Positions 26,583-40,279 of a stretch of 64,000 nt of DNA are shown here, piece by piece. A program made the translations under genes and the position numbers. Position 1 is the first letter of the stretch; each line of letters begins with the position of its first letter. The stretch comes from Octopus vulgaris (lineage: Eukaryota), in NCBI GenBank assembly GCA_951406725.2, contig OX597824.1, positions 18,476,001 through 18,540,000 on the forward strand. The letters are read 5' to 3'. The notes beneath the pieces are model-generated. The model saw only the letters and a list, made by a program, of their open reading frames with translations, searched no databases and was not told the DNA's origin.

Positions 26583-26619
<37 letters not shown>

Positions 26620-26686
26620 GTGTGTAAATTTGAGCTATATATGTGTGTGTGCACAGACATACATAATAATACACATATGCAAAAAG

Positions 26687-26729
<43 letters not shown>

Positions 26730-26859
26730 TTTTTAATTATTTATTCTTGTTAAACATCCTTAATTGTTTATCGCGCTAATGAACATATTACATAGACTGC
26801 ATCAAATGTTAATAATATTCTTTAAGCTTTATGTTCCCCTTTTCTCCTTTTTGATGTTT

Positions 26860-26894
26860 TTGTTGTTGTTGCTGCTGTTGCTGTTGTTGTTTTA

Positions 26895-26960
<66 letters not shown>

Positions 26961-27260
26961 TTGTTATAGCTTGTGTAGGGGTTGGTACTTCAATTTCAAC
27001 TTTCAGAATATAAAACCAAAAATTAATAAAATAAACAAAATAAAATGAAAATAAAATAATAACAGAAAGCGTAAAAAAAATAAGGAAAAAATAAACAAAT
27101 AAACAAAAATAAAAAATAAAATGCAAACAACAAAATCAAAACAGTGTACATCCAAACAAACAAATACAAAAATAACACAAAACAACAGAAAACTCAATCA
27201 GTCACTCCGCCTCTTCCTCCCACTCTACCTCCTTCTCCCTATTCTTGTCTTTTCCTTAAA

Positions 27261-27337
<77 letters not shown>

Positions 27338-27350
27338 CCATCATCAGCAG

Positions 27351-27419
<69 letters not shown>

Positions 27420-27892
27420 CATCATTACTTTTTTATGTCTTTTATTTATTTCTTGTGTATTTGTTTTGTTTCTTTTCTCTCTTTTTATTTCTATTTTGAA
27501 TTTAATTTTTTTTTTTACTTGCGTTTTCCCAAATTTTTGTTTTTCTTCATTTTCTTACTTCTTCTTCCACTTCTTCTTCTTCTCCTTCTTCCTCCTCCTC
27601 CTCTTCTTCTTCTCCTCTTCCTTGACATTTGCTACAATAAAAATGAACAACTTTCTTTCCTCGTTGGTATTAATAACTATGACGGGGCAATTTTAATTTG
27701 CTATGAAATTTAACAATGCTTCACTAGAATCTTCAACGTTCTTGCTTTTGTTGTTGTTGTTGTTGACGTTGTTGTCGCTGTTGTTGTTGCTGTTGTTTAT
27801 GTTTTTTGCTATTGTTGTACTTATTGTTTCAATTCTTTCTGCTGTTCAAAATGCCGTCGTTGCTGTTACTGTTATGGCCATTATTATTGTCA

Positions 27893-27930
<38 letters not shown>

Positions 27931-27957
27931 ATTATTATTATTATCATCATCATCATC

Positions 27958-28006
<49 letters not shown>

Positions 28007-28031
28007 CCACCATCATCATCATCATCATCAT

Positions 28032-28062
<31 letters not shown>

Positions 28063-28125
28063 ACATCATCATCATCACCATCATCATCATTAATGCTGTT
28101 GTTGTTTCTGTAATCATTATTATTA

Positions 28126-28183
<58 letters not shown>

Positions 28184-28203
28184 CATCATTATTATCATCA
28201 TCA

Positions 28204-28237
<34 letters not shown>

Positions 28238-28275
28238 CATTATTATTAGTATCATCATCGTCATCATTATCATCA

Positions 28276-28342
<67 letters not shown>

Positions 28343-28790
28343 TCTCGTTCTTTTTTTCGATTTCATTCGTTTTGTTTTTGCTCTTTCATAACGTTGTTCT
28401 TCTTCTTATGGACGTTATTTTTGTTTGTTGCTAATATCGTTGTTTTTGTTGTTATTTTTCTTTCTTTCTTTTTTCCCTATCGTATAGTTGTTGATGTTGT
28501 AATCATTTTGTTGTTTTAATTCCTATTTTGATCTCTGATTGTTCTTGATGCTGTAAACGTTATTGTTGTTGTTGTTGTTGTTGCTGGCAGTTAATATTGT
28601 TGATGCTGACATTGATGTTCTTGTTGTTGTTGTTGTTGCTGCTGTTGTATGATTGTTGCTGTTTATTATTACTGTTGTTTTTCTTGTTATTTTTCTCATT
28701 ATCTTTTGTTGATTTTTTTTTGTGTGTTGTTCTGCTTTTTCGTTTCGCTGTTGTTTTAGTCATTTCGCCTCTTTCTGTTGATGACATTGT

Positions 28791-28880
<90 letters not shown>

Positions 28881-29197
28881 CAGTAGTAGTAGTAGTAGTA
28901 GTAGTAGCAGCAGCAGTAGTAGTAGCAGCAGCAGTAGTAGTAGTAGTAGTAGTACTAGTAGTAGTAGTAGCAGTAGTAGTAGTAGTAGTAGTAGTTTAGT
29001 AGTAGCAGTAGTAGTAGTAGTAGTAGTGGTAGTGGTGGTGGCGGTGGTGTTACTACTAGTAAACGTAGTAGTAGTAGTAGTAGTAGTAATAATAGTAGTA
29101 GTATTGGTGGTGATGGTGTTACTACTAGTAAACATAGTAGTAGTAGTAGTATTGGTGGCGGTGTTGCTAGTAATAGCGTTAGTAGTTGAAGTAGTAC

Positions 29198-29252
<55 letters not shown>

Positions 29253-29333
29253 TTGGTGTGGGTGTTACTAGTAATAGCGTTAGTAGTAGAAGTAATAGTA
29301 GTAGTAGTATTAGTAGTAGTAGTAGTTGTTGTT

Positions 29334-29409
<76 letters not shown>

Positions 29410-29508
29410 CTACGGCTGTTGCTATCGTTAATATTATTTTTGTTGTTGCTGTTGTAATTACTGTAGTCATTGAGTTGTTGCTGTAGTGTAAATCACTACA
29501 GTGCTGCT

Positions 29509-29543
<35 letters not shown>

Positions 29544-30320
29544 TGTTGTTGTTGCTGTTGTTGTTGTTGCTGTTGTTGTTGCATGATCTCTTCATAAGAA
29601 TGACTAAATTCAATGCCAAGCCCTTGCAGTATCCTTTGTAACTCAGGGTTACAAAGGATAAAACAAGCGAGAAAGGAAATACCTTAATACGAAGCAGGAG
29701 GAGGAGGAGGAGGAGGAGGAGGAGGAGGAGAAAAAAGCGAAAGAGTAGAAGGAAGAGAAGGAGAAGGGAGAGGGATGAATAGGGTTTCCACTGTTCTTTT
29801 TTTTTTGTTTGTTTTGTTTTGTTTTTCATTTTTGTCAATGACGTACGAAAAAGAGGGGTCTTTTTTCTGTATTTTTGAAGATGCTGGTGAGAGAGGAAAG
29901 GTTTGTGAAATGTATCTGATTGGGCATGAGATGTGGGGGTGGGGGTAAAACAGGGGGAGAGGGAATGGGGGGAATGGGGGGACGAGGGGGTAAGAGATAG
30001 GGGAAGCGAGGAAGGGGAAAAACCACGATTAAAATGTATCATTGTGATATTACGATATACTAATGACAGCTAAGATATTACTACTACTACTACTACTACT
30101 ACTACTAGGAAGAAGAAGAAGATAATGATGATATGAGGATGACGACGACGACGAAGAAGAAGAAGAAGAAGAAGAAGAAGAAGAAGAAGAAGAAGAAGAA
30201 GAAGAAGAAGAAGAAGAAGAAGAAGAAGAAGAAGAAGACGATGGTGATGACGAAGATGATGACGAAGATGATGATAATGATGATGATGAAAAAGAAGAAG
30301 AATATGAAGAAGAATGAATA
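26860..30320. repeat. Trinucleotide microsatellite field (ATT, ATC, TTG, TAG, CAG, GAA)
   Basis: Direct reading. Confidence 0.95.
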
Positions 30321-31933
30321 AATAAAAATTTAATTTCTGATTTTCTTTTTTTTTTTCTTTTTCAAAATGTCGTTAATAGTTTTCTTGTTGACGCTTCTAG
30401 TATTCATTATTATTTTTGTTATTGTTCTTGTTATCGTGATTATCATCTGCGTTGTCATCATTATGATACTGACGATAACAACAACAACAACAACAACAAG
30501 TAGAGGATTTGTTTCGCCAAGAGAAGGAGTGATAATGAAAACATGGCTGACATAGGGGAAAGCAATATAAAAGGGATAAGGAGTGAATAATTGATTAAAG
30601 TGTAGAGGTGGAAAGAAAGGGAAGGAGGGTAAGATAAGGGGGTGGGGGTACGGAGGAGAGAGCGGAAGGGGTGGAGCGATTGAGAGTGTGATTGAGAAGG
30701 AGAGTGATTTGGGAGTGTGAGTGAGAATGAGAGAGAGGTAATGAGGAAGAGTGTGGGAAGTGGAAGTAAGAAGGGAGAATGAAAGAGAGAGAGAGAGAGA
30801 GAGAGAAAGGTGGGGGTAAGAAAGAGAAAGAGGGAGAGAAAGAAAAAGTATGGGTGAATAAAAGTGAACGATAAATGGAGAGAAGGATGTGGAGGAGGGT
30901 GATAATGAGTTAGAGAGCGTTAGGAGAGAGAGGGGGAGGTGGGTGAGATGGTGTGACAGAGAGAGAGAGAGGGGGAGGTGGGTGAGATGGTGTGACAGAG
31001 AGAGAGAGAAGGTGATGTGGAGAGGAGGTGAGCGGTAGTGAGGTGGAGAGAGGCGTAATATGAGTGAAATAAAAGAAAAATGAAATGAATGATGAAGAGG
31101 TGAAAGGAAGGAAGCAAGGAGGTAAGGAAGGAAGGAAGGAAGGAAGGAGATGGGAGTAAATAGCTGTCTAAATGAACCAATAACACAATGACCACGATTC
31201 CAGTCAACCGCATCTGAATTTTTAATCATATCAAATTTAAAAAAAAAAAAAAAAACATGAACAAACCCCAAAAAAAAAAATTTTTTTAAGAAAAAAATAA
31301 AAGAGCAAGAAGGAAAACAAGACAAAGATAACATTTTATTTTATAAAAAAAAAAAAACAAAAAACAAAATAAGATTTAGAAAAATCCAACAGCGAGATAG
31401 TAAAATATAAAAAGCATAAAGTTATCATGAACAACACCAAAAGCATAAAATAATAGCGACAACAATTACGGGAGCAAACAACGTTTTTTATGCTACTTAA
31501 ATCTTCATCTAATATGAAATTAATACCGGAGCATATCATATTACGTGTTTTACAATCGTATTGGCTGTTGCTGTTGTTGGTTTTTATTTATTAGCTATGA
31601 GGTAGGTAAATTACACACGTCCCGTGAAGTGGCGGAATTGTTAGAGCCCCGAAGAGAACACATTGCCGTATTCGGGCCTGCGATTAGCACTCTGGGTTCA
31701 AATCTCCTGGAGATGAACTTTGCCTTTCATCACTTCAGGTGGCAATAAAACGAATACCAACCAGCCTTGTGTGAATAAATGATCCTCCCCACTCTCTCTC
31801 TCTCTCTCTCTTTCGCTTTATATAGCCATTTTAGCGGCTTCGAAGATGCTATAAAATGCTGTACATGCTCTTAGCACTGAGTGGAGTGCTTCTTATAGCA
31901 GAAACGACTGTAAGCTAGTTGTTTCTGCTATAA

Positions 31934-32972
31934 AAGGCGGCGAGCTGGCAGAAACGTTAGCACGCCGGGCGAAATGGGTAGCCGTATTTCGTCTGCCGTT
32001 ACGTTCTGAGTTCAAATTCCACTGGGGTCGACTTTGCCTTTCATCCTTTCGGGGTAGATTAAATAAATACCGGTTACGCACTGGGGTCGTTATAATCGAC
32101 TTAATCCGTTTGCCTGTCCTTGTTTGTCCCCTCTGTGTTTATAGCCCCTTGTGGGTAGTAAAGAAATAGGTATTTCGTCTGCCGCTACGTTCTGAGTACA
32201 AATTCCGCCGAGGTCGACTTTGCCTTTCATCCTTTCGGAGTCGTTAAATTAAGTACCAGTTACGCACTGAGGTCGAGGTAATCGATTTTGTCTGTCCTTA
32301 TTTGTCTCCTCCGTGTTTAGCCCCTTGTGGGCAATAAAGAAATATGAAACGTTAGCATGCCGGGCGAGATGCTTAGCGGTATTTTGTCTGCCGCTACGTT
32401 CTGAGTTCAAATTCCGCCGAGGTCGATTTGCCTTTCATCCTTTCGGGGTCGATAAATTAAGTACTAGTTACGCACTGAGGTCGATGTAATCGACTTAATC
32501 CGTTTGTCTGTCCTTGTTTGTCCTCTCTGTGTTTAGCCCCTTGTGGGCAATAAAGAAATAAGTATTTCGTCTGCGCTACGTTCTGTGTTCAAATTCCGCC
32601 GAGGTCGACTTTGCCTTTCTTTCATTCTTTCGGGGTCGATAAATTAAGTACTAGTGACACACTGGGGTCGATATAATCGACTTAATACGTTTGACTGACC
32701 TTGTTTGTCCCCTCTATGTTTAGCCCCTTGTTGGCAATAAAGAAATAAGAAACGTTAGCACGCCGGGCGAGATGCTTAGCGGTATTTCGCCTGCCGCTAT
32801 GTTCTGCGTTCAAATTCCGCCGAGGTCGACTTTGCCTTTCATCCATTCAAAGTCGATAAATTAAGTAGCATTTACGCACTGGGGTCGATGTAATCGACTT
32901 AATCCCCTTGTCTGTCCTTAATCCCTTTGTCTGTCCCCTCATGTTTAACCCTTTGTGGGCAATAAAGAAATA
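31934..32972 (+). mobile_element. Five-unit tandem array of SINE C
   Basis: Units start at 31934, 32169, 32346, 32561 and 32748; one TSD AAAC(G/A)ACTGTAAGCTAGTT at 31902-31920 and 32977-32995. Confidence 0.92.
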
Positions 32973-33995
32973 AAAAAAACAACTGTAAGCTAGTTATAGA
33001 TATAGATAGTTAGATAGATAGATAGATAGATAGATAGTGGGGAGAAAGGAAAGCGAGTGAGCAATAGCGATTAAAGTTTTTAAAAAATAGAAATGGAACA
33101 ATGAGAGTGAAAATATAACTGTAAATAAAACTAACAGACAGACAGGCAGACAGAGGAAAGAACAATAAAAGAAGATAGAAAAAAAAAGAAGATTAAGATT
33201 GAAAATAAGATTTAACTAAGGAGGGGAGGAGAAGAGTCATGAGACGGAGAGGGGATAATGATAAAGAGGAGGGGGAGGAGCAGAAAGTGGAAGGGGAGAT
33301 TTAATGGCGGGTAGTTATGGTGAATTTTGTATAAAAATGTACAAAACGTTATTGTAGTGATAATAAAAGGGAGAAGGAGGCAAAGGGGTATGGTGGGAGT
33401 AGTAATAAAGTGAAGAGAAGGAAATACTACGGAAGGCTGGAATAGGGTAAGGGGTATATGCGGGTAAGGTGGAAGGCCCTTTTTTTTTTATTTTTCCACT
33501 AGAAATAATGCGAGGGGCTAAATCGAATGGATTGAATTGGGTGAGTTAGGGGTGGATGTGGTATAAGGGTGGATTTATTAGACGGAAGAATGTAGTGGTG
33601 GAGGATGGATTAAAAAGGTGCAGAAAGTCGGGGTTTTCTTTTTAAGGGTATAAAATGTCGGTTTTTTTAAGGTTATAAAAAAAAAAAACAGAAATGAAAA
33701 TCTGAAGTTGTAATTTAATGAAAATGCTTCTTTCTCTTTTTATTTTTTACTTGTTTCAGACCTTAGACTGCGGCCATGCTGGAGCACCGCCTTGAAAATG
33801 TTTCCGTCTCACAAATCGACCGCAGGACTTTTTTTCCTAAATCTGGTCCTTATTTTGTCGTTCTCTTTTGCCCAACCACTCAGTTACGGGTACGTAAACG
33901 CACCAAAACACAAGTCGTTAAGCGGTGGTAAAGAGAAATACAGAAACGAAACACTCACACACGTACACATACACACACATACACTCATAGAACAT

Positions 33996-34031
<36 letters not shown>

Positions 34032-34390
34032 ACACACACACACATACAAACTTAGACAGAAGAACACGTTAGACGGTGCAGTCTTCGGTGGACTGCCGTC
34101 AAGAAGAAAGCCTGTATAATCGCAGGTGGTAGGCGCTTCCTTGTAAGCCTACAGGATAAGGTTACACACTTCGGTAAAGCAACTACTAACGTCACCATCT
34201 CCGGCACCAACATAAACAACTACGGTGCCACCATTATCATAAGCACCATAAATATCAGTATCAATAGATTAATGAAATCCAGAAGATGGAAGAAACCAAC
34301 ACTATTGTATTTCATTGCGGTTTACCACCTCTTGCAACGCTAATTGAGTGAACCGACTTATTGGTTTAAAATTTTCTTTTTATGAATACC

Positions 34391-35345
34391 TATTTCTTTT
34401 ACTACCCACAACGGGCTAAACACAGAGGGGACAAACAAGGACAAACAAACGGATTAAGTCGATTACATCGACCCCAGTGTGTAACTGGTACTTTATTTAT
34501 CGACCCCGAACGGATGAAAGGCAAAGTCGACCGCGGTGGAATTTGAACTCAGAACGTAACGCGGCAAACGAAATAGCTATTTCTTTACTACCCACAAGGG
34601 GCTAAACACAGGGAGGACAAACAAGGACAAACAAACGGGTTAAGTCGATTACATCGACCCCAGTGCGTAACTGGTACTTTATTTATCGACCCCGAACGGA
34701 TGAAAGGCAAAGTCGACCGCGGTGGAATTAGAACTCAGAACGTAACGCGGCAAACGAAATAGCTATTTCTTTACTACCCACAAGGGGCTAAACACAGGGA
34801 GGACAAACAAGGACAAACAAACGGATTAAGTCGACTACATCGACCCCAGTGCGTAACTGGTACTTTATTTATCGACCCCGAACGGATGAAAGGCAAAGTC
34901 GACCTCGGCGGAATTTGAACTCAGAACGTAACGCGGCAAACGAAATAGCTATTTCTTTACTACCCACAAGGGGCTAAACACAGGGAGGACAAACAAGGAC
35001 AGACAAACGGGTTAAGTCGATTACATCGACCCCAGTGCGTAACTGGTACTTTATTTATCGACCTCGAACGGATGAAAGGCAAAGTCGACCGCGGTGGAAT
35101 TAGAACTCAGAACGTAACGCGGCAAACGAAATAGCTATTTCTTTACTACCCACACGGGGCTAAACACAGGGAGGACAAACAAGGACAGACAAACGGATTA
35201 AGTCGATTACATCGACCCCAGTGCGTAACTGGTACTTATTTAATCGACCCAGAATGGATGAAAGGCAAGGTATTTGAACTTAGAACGTAACGTCAGACGA
35301 AATACGGCTACGCATTTCGCTCGGCGTGCTAACGTTTCTGCTAGC
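34391..35345 (-). mobile_element. Five-unit tandem array of SINE C, 186-bp period
   Basis: TATTTCTTT at 34391, 34578, 34764, 34950 and 35136. Confidence 0.93.
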
Positions 35346-35575
35346 TGATAATTTGCCTGCTAACCATGTCTAGTGACCGTATAAAATTCAACCTTTATTA
35401 CTTAAGACACCATCTTCTTTTAGCTAGTGGCTCCTCATTGGTTCAGTATTTACTTCCTTCTTGAATCATAGGTTCCCTGATAGACTTAGAGGCCTTGTGG
35501 TCGCATCAGACGTTCCTTTGATAGCTCACAGTTTTCGTCCATCTGAGACGCACTTCTTGGGTTTAAAACAGAGGT

Positions 35576-35916
35576 TACTCTTTTACGCTTTTACTTGTTT
35601 CAGTCATTTGACTGCGGCCATACTGGAGCACCGCTTTTAGTCGAGCACATCGACCCCAGGACTTATTCTTTGTAAGCTTAGTACTTATTCTATTGGTCTC
35701 TTAAGCCGAACCGCTAAATTACGGGGAATTAAACACACCAGCATCGGTTGTCAAGCGATGTTGGTGGACAAACACAAACTCACACATACATATATATATA
35801 TATGCATATATACGACGGGCTTCTTTGGTCAGCCTGAGACTATAGTGGAAGACACTTGCCCAAGTTGCCACGCAGTGGGACTGAACTCGGAACTATGTGG
35901 TTCGTAAGCAAGCTAC
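35576..35916 (-). mobile_element. SINE family B (internally deleted)
   Basis: Homology to the other B copies. Confidence 0.88.
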
Positions 35917-36112
35917 ATTATTTCATAAATTTGTCATATAGACAGTACAAAGAGCTTTGCGGGCTGGACAAATACATTAATGAATGAAAATGAAATATAA
36001 TGAATAAATGAGAGACGAAACCCAACACCCGCCGATTGGATTTTTCTCGAAAACATATTTTCTTTTTTTTTTTTAAATCAATATGAGGTTTCGAACTACA
36101 CAGCCATCCTTA

Positions 36113-36879
36113 CGCAGTTCTGAACTTTTTAAAGGGGTCTATGGACCCCTTTAATTACTATTTTCTTCTGGTGGATCCCCATAACCATCCGATGCTTAAA
36201 ACAAGTTTTATAGAAATTTCTTTCGAAATTCTTATATTGTTTTTCCCACATTAACTTCTGTATGTCGAACTATGTAAAATGTTAGAGAAAGAAACCTAAC
36301 TGCTTCTTCAATACATACCAATACATCGCTTACTCTCTTTTACTCTTTTACTTGTTTCAGTCATTTGACTGCGGCCATGCTGGAGCACCGACTTTTTAGT
36401 CGAGCAAATCGACCCCGGGACTTATTCTTTTGTAAGCCCCGTACTTATTCTATCGGTCTCTTTTGCCGAACCGCTAAGTGACAGCGACGTAAAAACACCA
36501 GCATCGGTTGTCAAGCAATGCTAGGGGGACAAACACAGACACACAAACATACATACACACACATATATATATATACATATATACGACAGGCTTCTTTCAG
36601 TTTCCGTCTACCAAATCCACTCACAAGGCTTTGGTTGGCCCAAGGCTATAGTAGAAGACACTTGCCCAAGATGCCACGCAGTGGGACTGAACCCGGAACC
36701 ATGTGGTTGGTTAGCAAGCTACTTACCACACAGCCACTCCTGCGCCTCTAAAACAAGAAATTTTCAGGGAAGCTTAAAATAGTATTGTGGATCACCCATT
36801 TTACTATTTTGTTGCGTGGACCCCGCAAAATCTAATAGGGTCCCGAAGGGGCCTTATGATCCTTAGTTGAGAACCGCTG
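36113..36879. mobile_element. hAT/Charlie-like MITE interrupted by SINE B
   Basis: Right end GTTGAGAACCGCTG followed by GTCTAGAA (Charlie-type target); degenerate left end CGCAGTTCTGAAC; repeated TGGACCCC motifs. Confidence 0.65.
36331..36746 (-). mobile_element. SINE family B
   Basis: Full-length homology. Confidence 0.93.
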
Positions 36880-37140
36880 GTCTAGAAGATCTAGAAGAGC
36901 TATGGTTGGTTGAGTGATTCTTGTGTGACACTGTTATCACTACATGGTTAATATCATTATATAAATGCGTCTTGCCTTTTTTTACAGATTGTAAAACCAG
37001 GTCATCACGCTACCGAATCAAGAGAACCTCCACATGGTTTCTCATCCAGTTAAAGATAAAAGATAAATCCCCCTCAAATCAGTTTCCATAAACGAGTTCA
37101 TATTTGCACCCACGGTAATAAAATCCTCTGTAGATTCTTT

Positions 37141-37352
37141 TCTAGTCTAGGTACAAGGCCCGAAATTTTTGAGGAGGGAGCCAGTCGATTAGCTCGACCC
37201 CAGTACGCAACTGGTACTTAATTTATCGACCCCCCGAGAGGCCGAAGGGCAAAGTCGACTTCGGCAGAATTTGAACTCAGAACGTAAAGACAGACGATAC
37301 ACCGCTAAGATTTTCACCTAGCGTGCTAACGTTTCTGCCAGCTCACCGCCTT
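37141..37352 (-). mobile_element. SINE C variant with alternative tail
   Basis: Family-C head and central domain, tail ...GGGCCTTGTACCTAG. Confidence 0.8.
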
Positions 37353-37374
37353 CAAATCGTCTGTATATTACACC

Positions 37375-37705
37375 TTTTTAAAAACTCCGCCGGTTACGAC
37401 GACGAGGGTCCCAGCTGATACGATCAACGGAACAGCTTGCTCGTGAAATTAACGTGCAAATGGCTGAGCATTCCACGTGTACACGTGTACCCTTAACGTA
37501 GTTCTCGGGGATAATCAGCGTGACACAGAGAGTGACAAGCCTGACCCTTTGAAATACAAGTACAACTCATTTTTGCCAGCTGAGTGGACTGGAGCAACGT
37601 GAAATAAAGTGTCTTGGTCAAGGACACAACGCGTCGCCGGGAATCGAACTCACAACCTTACGATCATGAGCCGAATGCCCTAACCACTAAGCCACGCGCC
37701 CTCAC
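37375..37705 (-). mobile_element. tRNA-derived SINE with a distinct head/core but the family-A 3' tail
   Basis: Head GGCGCGTGGCTTAGTGGTTAGG...GAGTTCGATTCC; tail ...GTCGTCGTAACCGGCGGAGT; TSD ATATTACACC at 37365-37374 and 37706-37715. Confidence 0.88.
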
Positions 37706-38035
37706 ATATTACACCATAAACACTATTAGGATGACAGTAACTCTGATCATATATCCAGTCATTCAACGATGATCATCGATTAAACAACAGCGATAACAAT
37801 AATATTAGTGAGAAGTAGAACAATTCTTTGTGCAGGGCCTGAAAATTTTCACAGGAGAGCGGGGGGGGGGTCTAGTCAATTACGAAGACATCGACTTCGA
37901 AAGGATGAAAAGCAAAGTCGATTTTGGTAGAATTTAGACACAGAACGGGTAAAGAGGGACGAAATGAAGTTAAGCAGTTCGTTCGGCGTGCTAACGATTC
38001 TGCCAGCTCGCAACCGTAGTAACAACAACAACAAC

Positions 38036-38102
<67 letters not shown>

Positions 38103-38212
38103 GCAACAACAACAATCAGCTAAACAATTTGTGAAGAAGCCAACTTCTATGAATGATTGTATAGTTGGCTGGATTTTTTTTCTCCATGAAGACGTTTTTG
38201 TAATATTCTAGA

Positions 38213-38272
<60 letters not shown>

Positions 38273-39712
38273 CTGCAACAGATTTCCTGCATTGTTTTAA
38301 TCTCCGCCATTTCAGCCCAACACACCTGTGGTGGTAGTCTTGGTGGTGGTGGTGGTGGTAGTTTTGTTATTGTTGTTGATGTTGATGTTGATGGTGGTGG
38401 TGGTGTTGGTGGCAGTGGTGGAGGTGGTGGTGTTATTGTTGGGGGTGTTGTCATTGTTGTTGCTGTTGTTGTTGTTGTATGTTGCTGGTGGTAATGGTGG
38501 CGTTGGTAGTAATGGTGAGAGTGCTGGTGATGTTGTTATTGTTGTTGCTGGTGGTGGTGGTGGTGGTGGTGGTGGTGTTATTTCTGTTGTTGCTAGTGGT
38601 GGTCTTGCTGCTGTTGTTATTGCTGTTGACGTTGGCGGTGGTGGTGGTGGTGGTGGTGGTGGTAGTGGTGGAAGTGCTGGCAGTGGTGGTGTTATTGTTA
38701 TTTTTGCTGTTGTTGGAGGTGGTGGTGGTGGTGGTGGTGGTGGTGGTAGTAGTGGTGGAAGTGCTGGCAGTGGTGGTGTTATTGTTGTTCGAGGTGGTGG
38801 TGGTGGTGGTGGTGGTAATGATCGTATTGGTAGTGGTAAAGAGGAAGAGGTGACGATACTAACAGTGGTATCCGCTGATGGTCGCCGTTGCAGCAGTGTA
38901 CACTGGCGTGAATGTGTTGTAGCAATGGTTTATCACTGTTGTTGATATTATTGGTTCTTCACACGAGTTTGTACGATAATTTCTTTCTTTTTATTATTTT
39001 CTTAATATTTATTCATTTATTCTCTTTCACATTTCAGCCACGAGGCTTCGTTACATAATCTGAATACTTCAATTATATCACACCATATATTTATATTTTC
39101 ATTTTTTTTTTTAAATTATTTTGTGGAATTTATTTTGCATCTTTAGAATTCAGTTCTTGCAATATTTATTATAAGTTTTGAAAGGACAAATAGGCGAAGC
39201 TCACAGTTTAAAGGTGGATATAGTTGGTCATAAAAGACTTGCTCGTATCTACTACAGGAAACATCCGCTCGTGTTTCCTCGTGTGTGGAACTACTGTCAT
39301 TGTCTTCGGCCTGTATACCATCTTTTGTTGGCAGCGTATTAGGTGTTTCACTCGCCATATTGCACTAAACAGCATCATTAAAACGAGTATTGAAATTACC
39401 GGTTTCCCATCATACTAAACTTTGCTGGTCTCCAACGCTACTTCAGTAAGCGTGTGGTCGAGTAGAATCATTTGTGACAGTAATATAATAACAAATTATG
39501 AGGTGGCGAGATGCGAGAATCGTTAGCACGCCGGGCAAAATGCTTAGCGGCATTTCATTTGCCTTTGCGTTCTGAGTTCAAATTCCGCTAAGGTCACCTT
39601 TACCTTTCATCCTTTCTAGGGTTGATAAAATAAACGTTTTGCGACTCAATCTCCAGTGCCAACTTGTTAATTTCCTTATAAAACCAAGAGCTGCAGCTTG
39701 ATACACAAGATA

Positions 39713-40279
39713 TTGGGTTATCCGGAAAGTTCGTGCCGATTTATAGTAGCTTATATTTCGACTTATTTTAGAACATGGTCGAGTCCATAAAACAGGATTT
39801 GACTACACCTACATTTAGTGCACAGTTTAAGCTATCTTTTCCTGGAAGAAGGTTTATGTTCCTATAACCTGTGTTAATTCTGTAACCCTTTAAAATGGAA
39901 GATAAGAAAGTTCATTTTCGGCGCTTGATGCTTTGGGAACCACACAAAAATTGCTGCAGCTCGACTGAGATGTGTTACCCCACCCGCCATATTCATCAGA
40001 TATTGCTCCTTCGGATTTCCACTTATACAGGTCTCTGCAGAATAGTCTTAATGGTAAAAATTTCAATTCCTTGGATGACGTAAAAAGATACCTTGATGAA
40101 TTATTTGCCATGAAACCACCTCACTTCTGGAAAGAGGGCATTTTCAAGTTAAAGGAAAGATGGAGACGCATTGTGAAACAAAATGGTTCATGTTTGGTTA
40201 ATTAAAAATATAATGAGCAAGTATTTATCGGCCTTTTTCTTTCCTTTAAAAATCGGCACGAACTTTCCGGACAAACCAA
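39713..40279 (+). mobile_element. Non-autonomous mariner (internal deletion, mellifera-like)
   Basis: 30-bp TIR TTGGGTTATCCGGAAAGTTCGTGCCGATTT, TA on both sides; N-terminus MEDKKVHFRRLML joined to C-terminus LPHPPYSSDIAPSDFHLYRSLQN...KLKERWRRIV. Confidence 0.96.

Noticed and set aside
28955-29584. PolyQ/polyT ORF and other long low-complexity ORFs (38328-38945, 43196-43897, 30330-31334)
   Set aside because: Translations of microsatellites with no domain or splice support.
34391-35345. CRISPR-like array
   Set aside because: No unique spacers; the units are SINE-derived tandem repeats in eukaryotic DNA.
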